NCBI GenBank assembly: GCA_032718475.1
Contig: JAUCBJ010000193.1
Coordinates: forward strand, 38,346-102,345
Origin: Nemertoderma westbladi
Lineage: Eukaryota > Animalia > Xenacoelomorpha
Length of the DNA: 64,000 bases
Direction: 5' to 3'
This document shows, piece by piece, positions 48,886-61,054 of the stretch (positions are counted from its first letter, which is position 1; each line of letters begins with the position of its first letter). The notes under the pieces were generated by a model. It was given only the letters and a program-made list of their open reading frames with translations. It was not told where the DNA came from and did not search any database. A program made the translations under genes and the position numbers.

Positions 48886-49308
48886 CTACTACTAGGATCG
48901 GCATGCTGCATTGCAGCTGCATTTTTAAGAATGCTGTGCCGGCTTGTCAACAAAATTGCACCGCCACAACTCCCTATCACCCATGACATTTGCTAGATCA
49001 TCCGCATCTTTAAGGCCAGTGTCCTTTAAGATGCGTCTCAAGAAAGTCATGGGCTGTCCACCATGCTTATTCACTCCATGAGGCTGCCAAAGTACAAGAT
49101 TATGCACTGGCTGGTCCTCACGGCGAAAGCAATGTCCTGCAAAGCGGAGGCGATTTTGTTCTAGTGTCAAGCTTGGGGGAACCAATGAGACACCTCCAAT
49201 GTTATATAGTGTCTGGTTGGAGATGTGTGCATTGTACTTGACACAATGAACCCGGCGTAGCATTCTTGTGAATGTGTCATCCAGAGACTTGGTATCCTCA
49301 GCAGTTAG
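48886..49308 (-). mobile_element. RTE copy 8, 3' fragment abutting copy 7 in opposite orientation
   Basis: TAG tail at 48886 and last about 420 nt of the family. Confidence 0.9.
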
Positions 49309-50097
49309 ATTCGACAACGCGGGTAGGAATCCACTAATTATTTTATGAAACTCGTAGAAGACCACGTTCCTATCGAATGGGGGTACAAAAAATATGTCGG
49401 CAATAGGGGCCAAAAAGGGCCAGAATTTGTAAAGTAGTTTTTATCGAATAATTTTTTATTTTTAACTTTAGTTGGTTAAGGTACATTCTATACAGTCAAT
49501 ATCCATACGGGGAATTCAAATATGCTATCGGTTTTGCTCCAAGGATGATATTAAAAAAATGAGGGCCAAAATTATAATTTCGCGCTTCAAACTTGCTTCG
49601 CGGGAAATCGTCTAGCTCGAAAACAACTTAACTTACGGGAGATTTGTTTACACAGACTTATAGTGCGTTAAATTATCTATCTAACAGCGTTAATCACAGC
49701 GCCGGAGGTATTATAAAACTGGAGCGGCAGGCGATCGTGTGAAATATAATATTTATAAAAAGGGACGAAAAATTTTTTTTTTTAACAAATCGCTATTCCA
49801 TTATAATTTAGCGTATTGCGCCAAAAGTACCTGTAAAAAGTATCAAATTAACTCCGCTATCTTTTATCTTAACATATATAATTAAAATTACGAATTTTAA
49901 GGGTCGAAAAATATCGCGTTATTTTGGCCCTTTTTTTTAATTTTTTTGGGGCTAAAAATAACCCCTTCTCAAAAGATCAAGAAAAAAATTACGGCAAAGA
50001 ATATACCAATTTTATTGAATTTGGACCACCAGAACCGAAGTTAGAGCGATTTTAGTGAAAAAATAAAAATATTTTTTTTTGCAAAAAAAATAAGAAT

Positions 50098-50175
50098 GGT
50101 CAGGTCAATATTGGATTTCGAACCCGCGAACTTAGGTTTCATTAACGTGATTGATAACCACTAGACTATGTGACC
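50098..50175 (-). other. tRNA-derived (SINE-head-like) sequence with Pol III A and B boxes
   Basis: The - strand reads GGTCACA-TAGTCTAGTGG(A box)...GGTTCGAAATCC(B box)...TGACC; the cloverleaf is imperfect. Confidence 0.5.
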
Positions 50176-51784
50176 AAGAGAATTTGAAATTTTCGAGTGA
50201 CTATTTTTAAACATAAATAACTTAAAAAGAACTTCCAATAACTTCCAAAAATAGACTTATGTGCACTTAGTGCAAAATGCACTTAAATAGTGAACATTTT
50301 TTCGATATTTCAAACACTGTTATTTCCAGTTCTATTCATCGTAGAATGTTATTTTTTGGATTAAAATGTAGTTTGGAATGATTTCTAACTATAATCGTAA
50401 CATTTGTTTAACTTTTTATGTCTATAAAGTGACTTAAAAATGTCCATAAATATGGTCCAAAATCGCAAATCCAGATTTATTAAATTGGATTTTTGACACT
50501 TTTAGCGACTGACACTTGATCATACACCATCGTAGATCGGTAGAGGATAAACATAAGTTTGTTAAATAAGAGCCACCATTACGATCTGCTAAAGTGCATT
50601 TGTACAAATAAGTGTGCAAAAGTGCAAATTTTTTAATAAGGTCAAATTATATAGTATTGGGTTCTTTTCTTTGCAGATACTTTATTTTCATATTAATATG
50701 TTGTTTGAACCTTACTGAGCGCATTAGGGGATATGCGTACAAATAACCGGCCCTTATGAGGCTTCGATTGGGTAAATTAGTAAAACATAAGGTTGTATAG
50801 TATAATATTCTAAAAACCAGTGTGATATTAAATGCACTTTAAATAATAAATAGAAATCAAATAACAATTGGACCACACAATTAAAAACTCGCACAATTTT
50901 GTACTTATTATATCGCTTCAAATTAATTCAACAGTGGATATTTGTGGGAAGGGGGAAGTTACAGTGTGCATTCGGGGGAAGTTTGGTGAACTGCATTTAT
51001 GCAGTGAATCCAAACTTCCCCCTTTGATATATCATATACTTAAGACATGCTAGGGTGACTGGGAAATAATTGTTACTGTCACACTTTGCATCCATTTATC
51101 CTATCCTTTATTATTACCCCAGTCAGATAAGAGATAATAAATCAGTAAAAACCAAACTAAACTGTCTTTCATGCAAACAAATTTCTAACTAAAGACGGGT
51201 GAATGACCATGACCATGGAAATAATTTTAAATATAATTGTATATCAACTATTTGGGGAGGCTTCCAAGTTAAACCCGAAAACAATTATTTTGTTACATAT
51301 ATAGTAAATAACGTTGTATGTTCTTCTTCCTCTCATAATAATATCTCAGATTGAAGGCATCGGTAGTTATAAAGATCGTCCGTCAGCTGCATTTAGTAAA
51401 TATGTTTAAATACAAAACAGGACGAGCACAACGACGTTTATAATAATGAAGACGAGTACTGCCTACTGCGTTGAAGGCATCGGTAGTTATAAATTACTGG
51501 TGGGTGGGAAGGGTGGGGGGGGGGGGGGGGGGGTGCAGATTAAAAGGGGTGAACACGTACTGTCCCCCTTTCTTTGATTGATTGGTGGTGTGGGTAAATT
51601 TCTCAAAACCTGATTTTGTGATACAGTCGCTCAATTTTAATCTGTATCTGATAACTGAGCCTCGTCCTGCGCGATGGCCCTACGAACGTGTATTAGTTAA
51701 CACGGGGGCTCGTGTTAGTTAACAAGACTTAACTAAGTATTAGTTAACATGAGACATCATGTTAGAAAATGTTTTTTCATGTCC

Positions 51785-52364
51785 TGTGATGGGATCAAGG
51801 AATCCCGACCGGGTAGAGTCCTTACGCGTCACAGCAGGCTAATAGGTGGATGTAAAAAGGTTTGAGTTTGGTGTTCAACTGACTGACTGATAATATAATA
51901 TAAATGAACTAATGATAGCATAGAAGCAATAACGGTAACAAAATGGATAATATGTATAGCAGCACCGCAATGACGGTCGAACTATGTCGCCAGTCCGCAG
52001 TGAACTGATGACTGAGTAAACTAACTGACCGGTAATTGGATGCAACATAATATATATTCACCCCTACTCTACTGTGGCCTTACTACCTAGCGGATGCTCT
52101 CCCTCGCCCCTCATTGGCTAACAACCTAATTCTCGGCTCCCACCTCTGTGGGAGTGTCCCCCCCCCCCCCGCTGCTGTCACTTCCCTTCTCGAGGTAGGT
52201 TGACCTCTAACCTCTTTTGTGTGGCTTCTCGGGGCTATATGTCGTCCCCGTTATTGGGGGTGATACGAGATTAATTTGTGATTAACCTCGTATCCCCCAA
52301 TATTGCTGAAAACGCCACTTCCCAACTCTATGGGGATAGTGAGGCGGAATTGAATCCGCTCACA
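51785..52364. mobile_element. Solo LTR, diverged relative of the 534-bp LTRs
   Basis: TGTGATGGGATC...GTGAGGCGGAATTGAATCCGCTCACA. Shares ATTGGCTA, ATTAACCTCGT..ATATTGCT and both terminal blocks. No clean TSD. Confidence 0.72.
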
Positions 52365-53473
52365 CGGGCTCCGTATATTAACAGTTAATATATATTTTAC
52401 GTTTCAATTAAACATATTTCATTAGAGATGACATAACGAAAAGTAGGTATCTAGATGGAAAACCAGGTGCGTTATCTTTAGTTATAGATCAATTAGCTAC
52501 CAGGTGCATTATCTTTCGTTATTTCTTTTCGTGTAAAAATACATGAATATCAATGAAATTATTTTAAAATTTCAAGAAATAAATATATTTAAAAGAACAA
52601 TTACTTACCAATTAGTCAACCAGTTAGACAACCAATTAGACTTAACCTCATAGCCATAAAGTAATTTCGTATTTTAATACTAGTGCCAAAAAGTTCGTAA
52701 AAGTAAAATAAAGAAATATTGGAAAGTTAAACACGAAAAACCGTTGTCATCACTAAGTCTCCGCTCTCTTTGCTGCTATCTCTATTATCTCTGCTATCTG
52801 TATTATCATTTCATGAAATAGAGCAGCATTATTTGCTACTGTAAGTTGTAAAATCTTATATTTTTTGTACTTTGTGTTTTTGCCCTAGCAACTGGTAACT
52901 GTGTGTTGAGCATTTTAATGTTTGTTTTTGTTTGTGTTTTTCGATGACCCTAGTGGCTGAGTATGTTCTATTTCTATTTTTTTTATCTATTTCAATTTCT
53001 ATTTATAATAACTATGTCGCCACCTTTAATTATCCGCTATCACAACATGTAAGGCAGGCAGGGAGGCGTCGTGAGATCGAACTCGGGACGTCTTAGCTAC
53101 AAGGGGAAAATCCCATCTCGGCGAATTATTAACAATGATATTTATCAATTAAGGGAAAATAAGCAGTTTACAGTGGCACGTTGTTCTAATCACAACTAGA
53201 ACCTAAATTCAATACCACAAGTTACAGTTTCATTTTTGAGAAGTCGTTTACCACAACAGTACAGAGAATTTAGATTTACTAAGAGTCCTTCCCTTATCTG
53301 AATTGGGACGTGACCCCCTAGTCAATTATATGGAAAGTCATGAAAACGGTTAGATCGTGAAAGACCATCGTATTGGTTCTAGTAACCATGGAAATAAAAA
53401 GAGAAAAAGACCATTCAAAATATATAGCACCACAGTTTAGGCCACAAAAGGGAAAACCTCCTTATTACAGTAA

Positions 53474-54166
53474 CTACAAATATTTCAGTAAAGAATTAGA
53501 GTGCGGGTTTGATTGTAAATACCAACAGATTTGAAAAAATAGCACAGCGTTGCAAATTGTACAGACACTATATAAGATGACTAGCATGGTGTCACCTGTC
53601 TCTTGGACGCTGGTAAATATTCGAGTCATTGAACCCAAAAGCACGAGCACAGCCGTAGTCATAGAAAGTTCTCCGGTGTTGCCGTTACTGTAGTTGGTGT
53701 GGGCTTGGTTGAGTCTGGATAATAGAACCACGGGTATAGTGCTGCCTTGCAATACAGTAACAACTGCAAAGGGAATCTTTCTAGAACACAAGACGGCCAT
53801 AGTGACAGCGTATAAGGGCAAAGTGACGGTGGACGTCCAATAATAGGCCTGGAGGTACAGACAGGATATTGTAAGAAGCAATGTTTGTGCTGAGATTAGA
53901 GCACTCTCGCCCCAGCTACTGACGGGGAACCTCTGTACGGTGTTGTAAGCCACCGAGACGGAGGCAGCCGTTAGGTCGCCGCAAACAGACAATATATTTA
54001 TACCGTCGGCTGATCCAGCAGACCAGACCTTTACCAGCTGAGGGAGTTTGAGAATTGCAGCCCCCGCCACTATTATGTATCCCAAAGTTTTACTGATTAA
54101 ATATTTCGCTTCAACAGATGTGCATTGTCGCAGACGGACGCAAGCCTTCTGATAGTATGACCCCAT
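53474..54166 (-). CDS. MPDU1: Mannose-P-dolichol utilization defect 1 protein (PQ-loop membrane protein), 230 aa, intronless CDS
   Basis: ISKTLGYIIVAG..ILKLPQ, FPVSSWGE, NYSNGNTGELS and RIFTSVQETGD match MPDU1/Lec35. ATG at 54166 with an in-frame stop upstream. Confidence 0.92.
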   Translation of the reverse strand: MGSYYQKACVRLRQCTSVEAKYLISKTLGYIIVAGAAILKLPQLVKVWSAGSADGINILSVCGDLTAASVSVAYNTVQRFPVSSWGESALISAQTLLLTISCLYLQAYYWTSTVTLPLYAVTMAVLCSRKIPFAVVTVLQGSTIPVVLLSRLNQAHTNYSNGNTGELSMTTAVLVLLGSMTRIFTSVQETGDTMLVILYSVCTICNAVLFFQICWYLQSNPHSNSLLKYL

Positions 54167-54240
54167 ATTTATAATCAATATTACTACTGGTACTAAATGA
54201 CTATTAAATTATTGATAATAACCTGAAAAATAAACTGTAA

Positions 54241-57200
54241 GTACCGATACGTCGACTAATACAGGTACCGAGTACGTACGACTAATACAGGTACCGAGTA
54301 CGTCGACTAATACAGGTACCGAGTACGTCGACTAATACAGGTACTGAGTACGTACGACTAATACAGGTACCGAGTACGTACGACTAATACAGGTACCGAG
54401 TACGTCGACTAATACAGGTACCGAGTACGTACGACTAATACAGGTACCGAGTACGTCGACTAATACAGGTACCGAGTACGTCGACTAATACAGGTACCGA
54501 GTACGTCGACTAATACAGGTACTGAGTACGTACGACTAATACAGGTACCGAGTACGTACGACTAATACAGGTACCGAGTACGTCGACTAATACAGGTACC
54601 GAGTACGTACGACTAATACAGGTACCGAGTACGTCGACTAATACAGGTACCGAGTACGTCGACTAATACAGGTACCGAGTACGTCGACTAATACAGGTAC
54701 CGAGTACGTCGACTAATACAGGTACCGAGTACGTCGACTAATACAGGTACCGAGTACGTCGACTAATACAGGTACCGAGTACGTCGACTAATACAGCTAC
54801 CGAGTACGTCGACTAATACAGGTACCGAGTACGTACGACTAATACAGGTACCGAGTACGTCGACTAATACAGGTACCGAGTACGTACGACTAATACAGGT
54901 ACCGAGTACGTCGACTAATACAGGTACCGAGTACGACGATTAATACAGGTACCGAGTACGACGACTAATACAGGTACCGAGTACGACGACTAATACAGGT
55001 ACCGAGTACGTCGACTAATACAGGTACCGAGTACGACGACTAATACAGGTACCGAGTACGTCGACTAATACAGGTACCGAGTACGTACGACTAATACAGG
55101 TACCGAGTACGTCGACTAATACAGGTACCGAGTACGTCGACTAATACAGGTACCGAGTACGTACGACTAATACAGGTACCGAGTACGTCGACTAATACAG
55201 GTACCGAGTACGTCGACTAATACAGGTACCGAGTACGTCGACTAATACAGGTACCGAGTACGTACGACTAATACAGGTACCGAGTACGTCGACTAATACA
55301 GGTACCGAGTACGTACGACTAATACAGGTACCGAGTACGTCGACTAATACAGGTACCGAGTACGTACGACTAATACAGGTACCGAGTACGTACGACTAAT
55401 ACAGGTACCGAGTACGTACGACTACTACAGGTACCGAGTACGTCGACTAATACAGGTACCGAGTACGTACGACTAATACAGGTACCGAGTACGTCGACTA
55501 ATACAGGTACCGAGTACGTACGACTACTACAGGTACCGAGTACGTACGACTAATACAGGTACCGAGTACGTCGACTAATACAGGTACCGAGTACGACGAC
55601 TAATACAGGTACCGAGTACGTCGACTAATACAGGTACCGAGTACGTCGACTAATACAGGTACCGAGTACGTACGACTAATACAGGTACCGAGTACGTCGA
55701 CTAATACAGGTACCGAGTACGTACGACTAATACAGGTACCGAGTACGTCGACTAATACAGGTACCGAGTACGTACGACTAATACAGGTACCGAGTACGTA
55801 CGACTAATACAGGTACCGAGTACGTCGACTAATACAGGTACCGAGTACGTACGACTACTACAGGTACCGAGTACGACGACTAATACAGGTACCGAGTACG
55901 TCGACTAATACAGGTACCGAGTACGTCGACTAATACAGGTACCGAGTACGTCGACTAATACAGGTACCGAGTACGTCGACTAATACAGGTACCGAGTACG
56001 ACGACTAATACAGGTACCGAGTACGTACGACTAATACAGGTACCGAGTACGTCGACTAATACAGGTACCGAGTACGTCGACTAATACAGGTACCGAGTAC
56101 GTCGACTAATACAGGTACCGAGTACGTCGACTAATACAGGTACCGAGTACGTACGACTAATACAGGTACCGAGTACGTCGACTAATACAGGTACCGAGTA
56201 CGTACGACTAATACAGGTACCGAGTACGTCGACTAATACAGGTACCGAGTACGTACGACTAATACAGGTACCGAGTACGTCGACTAATACAGGTACCGAG
56301 TACGTCGACTAATACAGGTACCGAGTACGTACGACTAATACAGGTACCGAGTACGTACGACTAATACAGGTACCGAGTACGTACGACTAATACAGGTACC
56401 GAGTACGTCGACTAATACAGGTACCGAGTACGTACGACTAATACAGGTACCGAGTACGTACGACTAATACAGGTACCGAGTACGACGACTAATACAGGTA
56501 CCGAGTACGACGACTAATACAGGTACCGAGTACGTCGACTAATACAGGTACCGAGTACGTCGACTAATACAGGTACCGAGTACGTCGACTAATACAGGTA
56601 CCGAGTACGTCGACTAATACAGGTACCGAGTACGTACGACTAATACAGGTACCGAGTACGTACGACTAATACAGGTACCGAGTACGTCGACTAATACAGG
56701 TACCGAGTACGTCGACTAATACAGGTACCGAGTACGTCGACTAATACAGGTACCGAGTACGTCGACTAATACAGGTACCGAGTACGTACGACTAATACAG
56801 GTACCGAGTACGTCGACTAATACAGGTACCGAGTACGACGACTAATACAGGTACCGAGTACGTACGACTAATACAGGTACCGAGTACGTACGACTAATAC
56901 AGGTACCGAGTACGTCGACTAATACAGGTACTGAGTACGTACGACTAATACAGGTACCGAGTACGTCGACTAATACAGGTACCGAGTACGTACGACTAAT
57001 ACAGGTACCGAGTACGTCGACTAATACAGGTACCGAGTACGACGACTAATACAGGTACCGAGTACGTACGACTAATACAGGTACCGAGTACGTACGACTA
57101 ATACAGGTACCGAGTACGTCGACTAATACAGGTACCGAGTACGTACGACTAATACAGGTACCGAGTACGTCGACTAATACAGGTACCGAGTACGTACGAC

Positions 57201-59784
57201 TAATACAGGTACCGAGTACGTCGACTAATACAGGTACCGAGTACGACGACTAATACAGGTACCGAGTACGTCGACTAATACAGGTACCGAGTACGTACGA
57301 CTAATACAGGTACCGAGTACGTACGACTAATACAGCTACCGAGTACGTACGACTAATACAGGTACCGAGTACGTCGACTAATACAGGTACCGAGTACGTC
57401 GACTAATACAGGTACCGAGTACGTCGACTAATACAGGTACCGAGTACGTACGACTAATACAGGTACCGAGTACGTCGACTAATACAGGTACCGAGTACGT
57501 CGACTAATACAGGTACCGAGTACGACGACTAATACAGGTACCGAGTACGACGACTAATACAGGTACCGAGTACGACGACTAATACAGGTACCGAGTACGT
57601 CGACTAATACAGGTACCGAGTACGTCGACTAATACAGGTACCGAGTACGTACGACTAATACAGGTACCGAGTACGTCGACTAATACAGGTACCGAGTACG
57701 TCGACTAATACAGGTACCGAGTACGACGACTAATACAGGTACCGAGTACGACGACTAATACAGGTACCGAGTACGACGACTAATACAGGTACCGAGTACG
57801 ACGACTAATACAGGTACCGAGTACGTACGACTAATACAGGTACCGAGTACGTCGACTAATACAAGTACCGAGTACGTCGACTAATACAGGTACCGAGTAC
57901 GACGACTAATACAGGTACCGAGTACGTCGACTAATACAGGTACCGAGTACGTCGACTAATACAGGTACCGAGTACGACGACTAATACAGGTACCGAGTAC
58001 GTCGACTAATACAGGTACCGAGTACGACGACTAATACAGGTACCGAGTACGTCGACTAATACAGGTACCGAGTACGTCGACTAATACAGGTACCGAGTAC
58101 GACGACTAATACAGGTACCGAGTACGTCGACTAATACAGGTACCGAGTACGTCGACTAATACAGGTACCGAGTACGTACGACTAATACAGGTACCGAGTA
58201 CGTACGACTAATACAGGTACCGAGTACGTCGACTAATACAGGTACCGAGTACGTCGACTAATACAGGTACCGAGTACGTCGACTAATACAGGTACCGAGT
58301 ACGTCGACTAATACAGGTACCGAGTACGTACGACTAATACAGGTACCGAGTACGTACGACTAATACAGCTACCGAGTACGTCGACTAATACAGGTACCGA
58401 GTACGTCGACTAATACAGGTACCGAGTACGTCGACTAATACAGGTACCGAGTACGTCGACTAATACAGGTACCGAGTACGTCGACTAATACAGGTACCGA
58501 GTACGTACGACTAATACAGGTACCGAGTACGTACGACTAATACAGCTACCGAGTACGTACGACTAATACAGGTACCGAGTACGTCGACTAATACAGGTAC
58601 CGAGTACGTCGACTAATACAGGTACTGAGTACGTCGACTAATACAGGTACCGAGTACGTCGACTAATTCAGGTACCGAGTACGTCGACTAATACAGGTAC
58701 CGAGTACGACGACTAATACAGGTACCGAGTACGTCGACTAATACAGGTACCGAGTACGTACGACTAATACAGGTACCGAGTACGTACGACTAATACAGGT
58801 ACTGAGTACGTACGACTAATACAGGTACCGAGTACGACGACTAATACAGGTACCGAGTACGTCGACTAATACAGGTACCGAGTACGTACGACTAATACAG
58901 GTACCGAGTACGTACGACTAATACAGGTGCCGAGTACGTACGACTAATACAGGTACCGAGTACGTACGACTAATACAGGTACCGAGTACGTACGACTAAT
59001 ACAGGTACCGAGTACGTCGACTAATACAGGTACCGAGTACGTACGACTAATACAGGTACCGAGTACGTCGACTAATACAGGTACCGAGTACGTCGACTAA
59101 TACAGGTACCGAGTACGTACGACTAATACAGGTACCGAGTACGTACGACTAATACAGGTACCGAGTACGTCGACTAATACAGGTACCGAGTACGACGACT
59201 AATACAGGTACCGAGTACGACGACTAATACAGGTACCGAGTACGTACGACTAATACAGGTACCGAGTACGTCGACTAATACAGGTACCGAGTACGACGAC
59301 TAATACAGGTACCGAGTACGACGACTAATACAGGTAGGTACCGAGTACGTCGACTAATACAGGTACCGAGTACGACGACTAATACAGGTACCGAGTACGT
59401 CGACTAATACAGGTACCGAGTACGTCGACTAATACAGGTACCGAGTACGACGACTAATACAGGTACCGAGTACGTCGACTAATACAGGTACCGAGTACGT
59501 CGACTAATACAGGTACCGAGTACGTCGACTAATACAGGTACCGAGTACGTCGACTAATACAGGTACCGAGTACGTCGACTAATACAGGTACCGAGTACGA
59601 CGACTAATACAGCTACCGAGTACGTCGACTAATACAGGTACCGAGTACGTCGACTAATACAGGTACCGAGTACGACGACTAATACAGGTACCGAGTACGT
59701 CGACTAATACAGGTACCGAGTACGTACGACTAATACAGGTACCGAGTACGACGACTAATACAGGTACTGAGTACGTACGACTAA
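54241..59784. repeat. 5.5-kb satellite, 25/26-bp unit GACTAATACAGGTACCGAGTAC-[GTC|GTAC|GAC], about 220 copies
   Basis: Direct periodicity; highly homogeneous apart from the three-state site. Confidence 0.97.
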
Positions 59785-61054
59785 CAACCAATATTACATA
59801 TTATTATTATTATTATTACACTCTGAAAGATATTAAAATTAATATTAAAAGTGGAAAACACCTCGAAGGCACAATTAAATTGCACTAATAGATGGATATA
59901 AACTCAAGTTAACAAACATAAGATTTAGGAATTGTACAGTAAATAGGCTAAACATAATTCGAGTTTAAAATGTATAATAATAGACCTTGATTCGTAAACA
60001 TTTCAAAATAAAACAGAAATAAAAAAACGGCTCGTGGTAGACCAAATAAAAGATAGATAATACAGTATTATGCATTGAAAAGAGGAATGATGGTGGTGCT
60101 GGAATAACAGTGTTTCAATAACTGGAGTAACAGTTTATAGACTTTGCATAGTTATGTTCATCAATCTACTTTTAGAATAAAATATTTTCATGCAAAACAG
60201 GACGAGAGCAACGAGGCACTACATTTGAGTCGAGTCTTGAATTAAGCGGGTTCGTTTCTAATATAATTTAAATTAAAAAGTTAATAAAATTCACTATTCA
60301 AGAAAATTATAGGACGTAGAGGATTGTTGTCGAATGAAAATATTTATGTGTTTATTTATTATGAATGGGTGAATCTTTTAGGCTCGTTAAGCCAAGGAAT
60401 GCCTATTCACCGCCATGGGTGATCTTCCACAGTAAAACCTTCCTTATTTATTATTAACATAAAATTATGTATTATATTTACTAATATAATTAAAATATAT
60501 CCTGCAAATTTAGTTTAACTAAAATCTCTATGATTTTAATTATAAGCTCTGCCACGGCGTCAACGTGGTGCAGGGGGGAAGAATTAGGCTTTTTGATTAA
60601 CCTGATGCCGGAAACCATATAAACCGGGGTTCCGAACGATAAGTGCCCGACGATAGTTTACCAGTCGCGTTAGTTAAACTGCGCAATAACCGTAGGCTAG
60701 GCAGTTTCAACTGTTCCCTTAGAATAGTACAGAGTTTGATGGAATAGCAATACTACTGGAAAACATTGCAGATATCACCAGAGGTGTAGATAACTCCGTT
60801 CCGTGCACTGTAAAAAATAAATAGCCTTTTCACCATAAAAAGGTCGCGTATAGCCCTGCTGCACCTCATTTACGGTAAAATGTATTAAACAAATTAATGC
60901 AAAGGCCATAAATGAATCGAGAGTACACGTTTATTACCAAAACATTTTGGTTTTCGTGGTAAAATTAATTAATTATTTATTTAGTAACAGCACAATTTTT
61001 TAAAATTAATAATATTCTAGTAACTTAATTTATAAAACAATAATGAGTTAAAAA

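Noticed and set aside
46822-49308. Twin-priming 5' inversion of one RTE
   Set aside because: The TAG tail lies internally at the junction rather than at the outer end, which fits two separate events.
53060-53110. tRNA gene on the - strand
   Set aside because: Only a B-box-like GAGTTCGATC; no A box or cloverleaf. At most a SINE relic, as is the weak match at about 19690-19800.
60595-60650. Hammerhead ribozyme (CTGATG...GAAAC)
   Set aside because: The core reads CTGATGC, not CTGANGA, and the required stems are not evident.
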